DNA of 64,000 nucleotides from Candidatus Algichlamydia australiensis (GTDB lineage Bacteria; Chlamydiota; Chlamydiia; Chlamydiales; JAJFMI01): NCBI GenBank assembly GCA_033977065.1, contig JAXCHI010000004.1, positions 416,001 to 480,000 of the forward strand, read 5' to 3'. Shown piece by piece: positions 56,892 to 64,000 of this stretch (position 1 is its first letter; each line of letters starts with the position of its first letter). The notes under the pieces were generated by a model. It saw only the letters and a program-made list of their open reading frames with translations, ran no database searches and was not told where the DNA came from. The position numbers and the translations under genes were made by a program.

Positions 56892-58011
56892 TTTCGCTCA
56901 AAATTCCGTGGTGGTCGGAGAGGGCGTGCTTGGAGTAGCTATCTGGTTGAAATTCTGTGTCGACGAGTATTGTGGAGAGAGTTTTGGCCTCTCCTTTGGC
57001 TACAAGAATGTAGTCTAGGTTGAGGGGATTGGAGATTTTTTTCCCCATGAATTTTGCGAAGTAGCGATCACCACCCCACGTCTTTTTAGGAAGAGGTAGT
57101 GGTTGTTCAAAGTGATTTTTCCAGGAAGAGCGCCCATATTCTTCATCATCTAGGTTGAGATCTCCGGTAAGAATGCTGTTTCTGCCCTTATCTTGTGCCA
57201 TTTTCATTAAAATGTGGTCCATTTGGGCAGCGCGTGCCTGCACTTCTTCTGGTGTCGGATGCTCAGGCTCTTCAGAGTGTTGCAGGTGTGTGGTGTAGAT
57301 ACGAGTAAAAGTTTGGCCATTACTGGTAAGATCAAAGGCAAAAAAGCCTTTGTTGGCTCCTTTGGTTCTGCCAACAAGGGTCTGTTCGGGGAAAAGAGTA
57401 AATTCTGGATTGCTAATTCTGTATTTACTCGCAACAAGTATACCAGAAGAGACTCCAATCGCTTTTGGGCCGATATTGTAGTAGATATGAGCATAGCCAT
57501 GCCTTTTGAGTTTTTCAGCAAGATGAAAGGCGCAAGTAGAGTCAAAAGTCTCAAGAATACAATTCACATCTGCATCTTGAACGAGAATTTTATCTGTGAT
57601 TGCGTCAATGCGCTCTCTCCAAGGTGCTACACCGCCATCACTAATCGAATAGCCTCCCGCGATCCCGCAGATGTTCCATGTGAGAAGGGAAAACTTACCA
57701 CTTTGCGGAAGGTTTTTTTCAGCGGGTAAGTTGGAAATATGGATGTAAGGAGTAGGAAGGAGAGTTTTGGCATAAGAGCGCAAAGCAACTCCTGGTAGGG
57801 TTGTGAAGAAGGCGAGGGTAGTATTTGAGATAAGGGCCAAAGCTAATATACTTTTTTTGAAAAGCAGACCTTTTTCTAAAGTGAAGAGGCGAAAACTCTC
57901 GTGAGCCTTGCAGATAGGGTCTGTCAAGCAGGAAGCGATCTTGAAGAAAAGTAAAGAAAATTTTTCCTTTACATTATCAGGGATAACCTCTTTTAAGAAA
58001 TAACCTTTCAT
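56878..58011 (-). CDS. Endonuclease/exonuclease/phosphatase (sphingomyelinase-like) protein
   Basis: LTWN, SSGILVASKY, ANKG, THLQ, GDLN, LDY, SDH. Confidence 0.85.
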   Translation of the reverse strand: MKGYFLKEVIPDNVKEKFSLLFFKIASCLTDPICKAHESFRLFTLEKGLLFKKSILALALISNTTLAFFTTLPGVALRSYAKTLLPTPYIHISNLPAEKNLPQSGKFSLLTWNICGIAGGYSISDGGVAPWRERIDAITDKILVQDADVNCILETFDSTCAFHLAEKLKRHGYAHIYYNIGPKAIGVSSGILVASKYRISNPEFTLFPEQTLVGRTKGANKGFFAFDLTSNGQTFTRIYTTHLQHSEEPEHPTPEEVQARAAQMDHILMKMAQDKGRNSILTGDLNLDDEEYGRSSWKNHFEQPLPLPKKTWGGDRYFAKFMGKKISNPLNLDYILVAKGEAKTLSTILVDTEFQPDSYSKHALSDHHGILSEIRVP

Positions 58012-58045
58012 AAGAAAAAGATTATATCATAAAAAAGATTAACTA

Positions 58046-59218
58046 TTAAGTGATAAATTTTTCTTGAAACGCTTCTAAGCTCCCTTTAGAATCAGGAGTA
58101 ATAGAAAAAATAACTTTTTTAAGGCTGTTAAACCTTAGTGTTTCAAAGCCGCTAGAATAGCATCCTGCAACTGTTTTGGGTGAGTTATTAAATTCCCCGC
58201 ATCCAAAAGCGCCTGTAATCAGTGTAGTGTATTCACGCTCTTCTGCAATTTTTAAATGGTCCCAAATTTTAGTCAGCATTTCATTCAATTCTTCTTTTGT
58301 AGCAGGTTCATTTGCTGCAATATGGGAACGATTTACAGCTGTAGAGTATAAGATATCAATTTGGAAGGGTTTATCCAGGCGTTTAAAGTTCTTCTCTTCA
58401 CTATCTTGAAATACAGTTACATTAGGGACAAGAAAATGATGATTATAAAGGCAAAAACTGCCTTTTTCTGGATTATCTTGTTTTGTAAATAGATCGCTAT
58501 CTCTATTTACAGCCTCCTCTAGCATACCTTTTACATGATCTGTCCAACCGGCCATTGTGCTACGTCGGCAGATGTCTTCTTCTTGTCCACCGTTTTCATG
58601 CAAAAAGCCTCCTCCTGGCTCCTCTGGACTTCCAAACATGACAAGAAGAACTCTACTGCCCTCTTTACTAGCCTCTTCTTGAGCTTGAGAGAGACAGTCG
58701 TTTTCAGACACAGTTATGTCTTTAAGCTTAGTTCCATCAGGGCAGCCAACAACACCTTGGTAAATGACTTCTGTTGCTCGAAAATGGTCGGCACCAGATG
58801 GATAGGTTTCATCTCTAGTTAAAGCGAGTGCCTGCTTTCCTGCTTCAGAGCGCGGCTTTTTTTGTTCGAAAATTACGTCAGGCTCTTCTTGAATTGGGTC
58901 AGCTGGTTGGACTTGTAAACCAGAAGTTGTATCTGGCTCTTTAGATAGCGGCAAATGTGTTTTTTGAGAAATGGAATCCAAAGGGGAATTAGGATCAAAA
59001 ATCAACTTTGCTGCAACAAGAGTCAAAGAGAGAACATTTAGATAGGTGGATTTGACTCTTAGGTTGAGCAAAGAGATAGTTCCTGGGATCAAGCAGTAAA
59101 GTGCTCCTTTACGATTATTGCTGAGGGCTCTTTCTAGGGCCCAGAGAAGTGACGTTCCTCCAATCGTGCATGTACCGCAGGTTCTCCAAGTTGGGGGAAA
59201 ATAATTCCTGAGTCTCAT
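58046..59218 (-). CDS. Bacterial PARG-type macrodomain (TIGR02452/DUF2263-like) with N-terminal hydrophobic segments
   Basis: PGGGF-x6-QEEDICRRST and GAFGCGEFNNSP motifs. Confidence 0.8.
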   Translation of the reverse strand: MRLRNYFPPTWRTCGTCTIGGTSLLWALERALSNNRKGALYCLIPGTISLLNLRVKSTYLNVLSLTLVAAKLIFDPNSPLDSISQKTHLPLSKEPDTTSGLQVQPADPIQEEPDVIFEQKKPRSEAGKQALALTRDETYPSGADHFRATEVIYQGVVGCPDGTKLKDITVSENDCLSQAQEEASKEGSRVLLVMFGSPEEPGGGFLHENGGQEEDICRRSTMAGWTDHVKGMLEEAVNRDSDLFTKQDNPEKGSFCLYNHHFLVPNVTVFQDSEEKNFKRLDKPFQIDILYSTAVNRSHIAANEPATKEELNEMLTKIWDHLKIAEEREYTTLITGAFGCGEFNNSPKTVAGCYSSGFETLRFNSLKKVIFSITPDSKGSLEAFQEKFIT

Positions 59219-60030
59219 TTGAGGACTTCCGTTAAATGATTTTTGTATTCGTCGGATAGATAGATATGTCTGTGCGCATATCCTTCGATGGTTGTAAGAG
59301 AGGTCTCAAGACGTCCCTTTACAAGGTCAAGCAATCTTAGAGAGGAGTCGTAGGCAATCACTTCATCTTCGACTCCATGAAAGATGTGAACGGGGCAGCG
59401 CACGCTTTGGATCCAGTGGTTAGTAGGAAAAGGATATTTTAAGATTACTTTTACCAGGGCAGGAGGAATCCACTCTTTTGTGTTGCAGGCAGAATCAAGA
59501 AGGCTATAGTAGGGCGATTCGAGAAGAAGCATTTGGGGATTATGTCTTGCGGCAATGTAGGTGGCGATGCCCGTGCCAAGAGAGCTCCCATAAATAGCGA
59601 GGCGCTCTTCACCAAAGCGCTCCTTTGCGTAAGAGTAGATAAGTTCAGCATCAGAGAGGATAGCTTCGTAAGAGAGTTTCCCGCGACTTTTACCGGAACT
59701 GCGGTAGTCCATCATGAGGACATCGTAGCCACGTGATGTGAAATCAAGAGTTGTCTCACCCCAGGGAAACTCTAAGTTTCCTCCGCGTCCTTTGTAGTAG
59801 ACAAGAACGCCTTTTGCATTTTTGGCTGGTGTGTAGAGCGCGTGCAGCTTGACTCCTTCTTCTGGTGTTAGCGTAATCTCTTCGTAGGGGAATTCAAAAG
59901 AAAATTTATGGTCATTCGAAAGAGGAACGGGCTTAAAGAGTTCACGCTCTTGCGTGAGATAGATGTAGCTAAAAGGGGTGCAGAGGATGAGTGCGAGCAG
60001 ACTAATTGAGTAGAGTTTCCATCGTTTCAT
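59215..60030 (-). CDS. Alpha/beta hydrolase (BEM46/ABHD-like)
   Basis: DYRSSGKS, YGSSLG, FHGVEDEVI, AH. Confidence 0.85.
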   Translation of the reverse strand: MKRWKLYSISLLALILCTPFSYIYLTQERELFKPVPLSNDHKFSFEFPYEEITLTPEEGVKLHALYTPAKNAKGVLVYYKGRGGNLEFPWGETTLDFTSRGYDVLMMDYRSSGKSRGKLSYEAILSDAELIYSYAKERFGEERLAIYGSSLGTGIATYIAARHNPQMLLLESPYYSLLDSACNTKEWIPPALVKVILKYPFPTNHWIQSVRCPVHIFHGVEDEVIAYDSSLRLLDLVKGRLETSLTTIEGYAHRHIYLSDEYKNHLTEVLK

Positions 60031-60054
60031 GTACCCATTTTAAGGCGCGTGAAA

Positions 60055-60948
60055 TCAAATTTCAAGTAGTGTTTCACAGAGGTGGTAAGATTCTGTTTGA
60101 ACTTGTGCACTCTTTTCTTGCATGTGTACTTTTGCTCTTCCTGGACGGTCTAAGAAATCTCCCTGCTCTAGAATAAGAGTTTGAGGATTTTTTTGAATCC
60201 AGCCACTTTTATGCAAAAAGTGGGCAATGCCTCCAGGAAGTGCGCCTAGATAGCTCTGCTCTTGAGCACTCAACCACGGCGTCCAAGAGCGGGTATGAGC
60301 GTGATGCCCCTTTTCAAAAGTTTCAGGTGTTACAAAAGAGACAGTAGCTAAATTGTTTTCTCGCAGGTAGGGAAGGGCAAACTGGGCGTCGAGTTGTACC
60401 TCTGCAAGGTTTTCTAAATTATTTGTTGGCAAATAGAGGTGACGCGCCTTTTTTTCAATCATAGGCAGATGCTCAGGGTGAAGCAAATGAGAGGGGAGTC
60501 CAAGTCGCAAAGAAATTTGATCGAGGCGCTCGTGACTTGGTTCTAATTCGATATTTGCCATTTCGTAGCTAATTTTAGCCTCTTTTTCTCCCTTCATCTC
60601 CACATGAAAGGGGTAGAGGTTCTTTCCTGCCTCAATTTTAAAGGGATAGCTTTTGCCTTTTTTCACGCCAAAAGCACCAGCTTTTGCAACGCAAGTAAGT
60701 GCTGCTAGGGCTGAACTTACGCAAAATTTAATCTCTTCTCCCTTGTTTGTAAAAAAGCGGAGAGCAAAATCGCCTTTTTTGCCTGGATAGAGGTAAGCGA
60801 TGTTTGTGGGAGCCACCTCTTTTGCGACCATTTCTAGTTTCTCATCAGAGAGTCCCTCAGCACCAAAAATGACTGACGCGGGACACCCCTTGAAAGGGGT
60901 GGCTGTAAATGTGTCAACTTGATGGATATGAAGTTTTTTATTTTTCAT
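60055..60948 (-). CDS. PhzF-family isomerase-like protein
   Basis: HQVDTFTATPFKG, LRFFT..EEIKFC, EQG...RPG. Confidence 0.8.
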   Translation of the reverse strand: MKNKKLHIHQVDTFTATPFKGCPASVIFGAEGLSDEKLEMVAKEVAPTNIAYLYPGKKGDFALRFFTNKGEEIKFCVSSALAALTCVAKAGAFGVKKGKSYPFKIEAGKNLYPFHVEMKGEKEAKISYEMANIELEPSHERLDQISLRLGLPSHLLHPEHLPMIEKKARHLYLPTNNLENLAEVQLDAQFALPYLRENNLATVSFVTPETFEKGHHAHTRSWTPWLSAQEQSYLGALPGGIAHFLHKSGWIQKNPQTLILEQGDFLDRPGRAKVHMQEKSAQVQTESYHLCETLLEI

Positions 60949-61648
60949 GAAGCGCTTCTCCGAAAAGTCCTTGAAGAGGAGATAATCTCCCATTGCTATC
61001 GAGTCCTTGAATGACTCCCTGGATCATATTTTGCAGATTTTCAATACTGAAGATTTCATCTAACATTTGCTCAATCACAATATCCATAATCACCGAGCTT
61101 GGAATGCCCCCTTCGCTACTCACATTGTTGAGTGAAATTTTATCGATAGGTTTTAATCTTTTGACTTTTCCAGGCTCATTTGTGTAAGCAAGATCGATGA
61201 TGATATTGCGCAGGCGCAATTTTTTAATTAAGACGGTTTTTTTTGTCTCTTCGCTGTTCAAACTGTTGCGTTTGATGTTTCCCATAATTGTTGTCCAGTT
61301 GCCGCTGCTACTTCCTTTGCGGTCAAACTCCACACCAATGTAGATGTTTTTTGCCTCAACGCGGTCGATGACAATATTGTCATCAAGGTATCGGGAGAGG
61401 GGAGCGTCAATCTCCGCTTTTTGGATTCCAAGGGCTCGAGAAAGAGTGCGACCAGGAGGATTTCCCATCGCAAAGCGGCGAACACTAATTTTGTCTAAAG
61501 TTGCTCCAATATCACCAATTGATACCGTTACACCCGCCTCTTTTGAAAGTTTATTGGTTACCCAGGAAGGGACCATATTCCATGCAAAGAATCCTGCTGC
61601 AAAAAGGAGGATCACAATGATGATAAAGAACTTAAAAAATGTTTTCAT
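60938..61648 (-). CDS. AsmA-like protein with N-terminal anchor
   Basis: N-terminal TM, NPPG, GNW, beta-rich body. Confidence 0.65.
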   Translation of the reverse strand: MKTFFKFFIIIVILLFAAGFFAWNMVPSWVTNKLSKEAGVTVSIGDIGATLDKISVRRFAMGNPPGRTLSRALGIQKAEIDAPLSRYLDDNIVIDRVEAKNIYIGVEFDRKGSSSGNWTTIMGNIKRNSLNSEETKKTVLIKKLRLRNIIIDLAYTNEPGKVKRLKPIDKISLNNVSSEGGIPSSVIMDIVIEQMLDEIFSIENLQNMIQGVIQGLDSNGRLSPLQGLFGEALHEK

Positions 61649-61725
61649 AGCTTGTTATTCTGGATTGTCTATAAAACTTCATTAATTGGGTAGAATTTTT
61701 TTTTGAATTCTAGTTTAAAGGGGGT

Positions 61726-63609
61726 ATGAATCGCAACCGCATTAACTACCTTTTTTACGCTCTTTTTTTTATTGCCCTCTATGCTTTAACTGCTTTTCAC
61801 ACTCTTTGGGTTCACCATCTCTCTCCAGCAGCGCGCACCTCTTTTTTAATGGTTGCCTTCATTCAATGCGCTTTAGAAGTACTCGCATTAATTTTGATTG
61901 GGAATTTGATTAAGCGCTATCTCCCCAGAGCTTTTTACTCTATTTTCATCTCACTTGTCTTTCTCTGGCTCTTGTTGCACGTTGCCGATTTTATTGCGAT
62001 GCGAATGAGCAACTTAAGTTTTTGGTATGCAGTTGATACATTTGTCATGCGCGAGCGGTTTTCCAATTTGGTTGAGCTTTTGCACCAGACTGGAATTGCG
62101 ATCTCTCTTTGGGTTGTTCTGGTTTTAGGAATTTTGTTGCTCCCACTTTTTGGAGTTTTTCTCTACCGGTTAAGCGATAAAGTTTCTCAGAAATGGCAAG
62201 TCGCTTTTTCTCATAAACATCTCTTTTCTATGATGCTGCTCTTTTCTGGAGGAATGATTCTTTGGGATGTGACACACTGGGGGTTAATTCATGCGGTTGA
62301 CTACCAACGCTTCGCTAGGGTTTTACCTTGGAAACGCACGCTGATCACTCCTAATCGAGAAAATCTTGTTTTTCGCCACACTCTCTTAGGACCTCAAGAT
62401 GAACAAGAGGGAAAGCTCTTTCTGGCAAATATGAAGCCAAAACTTGAGCGGAATCCCAATATCTATCTATTCATTGCAGAGAGTTTGCGAGGAGATTTTC
62501 TTACCAACCGGGTATCTCCCCATCTCTCAAAATTTAGAGAGGAGAGTCTCTCCGCAGAGCTTGCGCTGAGTAATGCAAACGCTACACATCCTTCTTGGTT
62601 CACGATTTTTCATAGTAAATACCCCTATGAGTGGGTTGAAATGAAAAATCGCAATTGGGAGACGGGAAGTCTTGGGCTGGCAATGCTGAAAAAAATGGGA
62701 TATCAAATCCGCCTTTACAGTGCAGCTCAACTCAACTACTACCAGATGGATGAGCTCATTTTTGGAAAAGAGAAATATTTAATCGATCATTATGAATTTT
62801 TTCCTCACTACCCCCCAAAAGAGGCAGCAGAATCCGATCAGGAAGTAATGAGCGCTCTTTCACGTGACCTAGAAGATCCGAGCTTGCGCGAAGGAAATCT
62901 TTTTATAGTTTTCTTCGATTCGACCCATTTTAATTACTCTTGGCCCAAGGAGATGGCGCCCCCTTTTACTCCCTATGCTGAGTCAATCAGCATGCTGACA
63001 TCGACCATGACAACTTCAGGAGTAGAGGAGATTAAAAATCGCTACCGCAACTCGATCTACTACATAGATAGCCTCTTTGGAGCATTTACACAAAAGCTCA
63101 AAGAGCAGAAGCTTTACAAGGATTCGGTGATTGTGTTTACTGCCGATCATGGAGAAGAGTTTTTTGAGCGCGGTCACCTCTTCCATGCAACAGAGCTCAA
63201 CCGTGAGCAGCTCGAGATCCCTCTCTATCTTAAAATGGGGCTGTTTAAAGGAAAAGTTCCCATTGCTTCGCATATGAATCTTATGCCAACACTTTTGGAC
63301 TATGTAACCAGAGGCCAAGAGTACCGAGCGCTTGTTCAAGGGGACTCTCTTATCCACTCTCATCAGCCTCCCTATGTTATCTCGTTTATGAATAGCTGGA
63401 ATCGCGATCCCATTGAATTTCAGATTCACAACGGCCTGCAATCCCTGCACGCCCGTTATCCAGAAGATCTCTACAACTCCAGCTCTGTAGAGATTCTTGA
63501 AATTCGCGACCTAAAAGGGGAGAGTCTCTATTACGGCTCTAAAGAGGAGCAAAAAGCAGCTGCTGAGACCCTCTTCCATCGCGCATTCGAACCTCTCTTT
63601 GGTGAGTAA
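61726..63609 (+). CDS. Sulfatase-like membrane protein (YejM/LTA synthase-like)
   Basis: Five TMs, NIYLFIAESLR, DSTHFNY, TADHGEEF. Confidence 0.85.
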   Translation: MNRNRINYLFYALFFIALYALTAFHTLWVHHLSPAARTSFLMVAFIQCALEVLALILIGNLIKRYLPRAFYSIFISLVFLWLLLHVADFIAMRMSNLSFWYAVDTFVMRERFSNLVELLHQTGIAISLWVVLVLGILLLPLFGVFLYRLSDKVSQKWQVAFSHKHLFSMMLLFSGGMILWDVTHWGLIHAVDYQRFARVLPWKRTLITPNRENLVFRHTLLGPQDEQEGKLFLANMKPKLERNPNIYLFIAESLRGDFLTNRVSPHLSKFREESLSAELALSNANATHPSWFTIFHSKYPYEWVEMKNRNWETGSLGLAMLKKMGYQIRLYSAAQLNYYQMDELIFGKEKYLIDHYEFFPHYPPKEAAESDQEVMSALSRDLEDPSLREGNLFIVFFDSTHFNYSWPKEMAPPFTPYAESISMLTSTMTTSGVEEIKNRYRNSIYYIDSLFGAFTQKLKEQKLYKDSVIVFTADHGEEFFERGHLFHATELNREQLEIPLYLKMGLFKGKVPIASHMNLMPTLLDYVTRGQEYRALVQGDSLIHSHQPPYVISFMNSWNRDPIEFQIHNGLQSLHARYPEDLYNSSSVEILEIRDLKGESLYYGSKEEQKAAAETLFHRAFEPLFGE

Positions 63610-63623
63610 ATCCTCTGTACTAG

Positions 63624-63784
63624 TACTCTGTAACAGAAATTTTTAGCATTATTTTTACGTCAAAGCCTCGGGATTGAACTATCGAAAATCACCTCGTATT
63701 TGATTAATACTAGGTGACTTGCGATAGCCCAATCGCGAGAGCTTTCACGTTAAAAAGAATAGCAAAAATTTTTGTTACAGAGTA
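63624..63784 (+). mobile_element. Family B MITE, 161 bp (B3)
   Basis: Near-identical to B1; CTAG at 63620-63623 and 63785-63788. Confidence 0.95.
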
Positions 63785-63788
63785 CTAG

Positions 63789-64000
63789 TACTCAGTAACA
63801 GAAAATCTTAGTGTTTAATTTAAAAAAACAGCCAATAGAGACAGTCGGGCAAATCCCCGCTGCCCTTTGAGCTTCACCTTGGCATGCCAAATTGCGTTTC
63901 GTCGGAAAACCGTGCAAAGCACTACTTCTTCCTCCTGCACCGCAATTTTTCAAAGCCAATCTGAAGCCATCGAGCGCATCGCGCGTTCATTCCCCACCCT
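63789..64000 (-). mobile_element. Family A MITE, inverted, cut by the window end (A3)
   Basis: Reverse complement of the right ~210 bp of A1. Confidence 0.93.

Overview
Bacterial chromosomal window, probably from an environmental Chlamydiota (Simkania/Rhabdochlamydia-like; inferred from gene content, not proven). It has housekeeping genes (glmS, mgtE, umuDC, trmB, pgi, recF, adk, mnmA, treY, tRNA-Leu, tRNA-Pro), many alpha/beta hydrolases, three Rpn/PD-(D/E)XK genes and scattered effector-like genes. The effector-like set is two herpes-tegument-like (VTD) deubiquitinase candidates, an ankyrin-SET protein, a Hanks-type kinase, a membrane-anchored bacterial PARG, a PTP-like phytase broken by one amber codon, and an Inc-like repeat protein. 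The most striking non-coding signal is a set of at least five non-autonomous hairpin element (MITE) families, here called A-E, with no recognisable cognate transposase in the window. A (401 bp) and B (161 bp) share TACTCTGTAACA ends, insert at CTAG and regenerate CTAG, so they form end-to-end arrays (37206-38064; 63620-end). One A copy cleanly interrupts a 2OG-Fe(II) oxygenase. D (171 bp, 9-bp duplication) is nested inside C, A carries a captured, hypervariable half of C, and five gene stop codons coincide with element sequence or target sites. All alignments and folds were done by eye.
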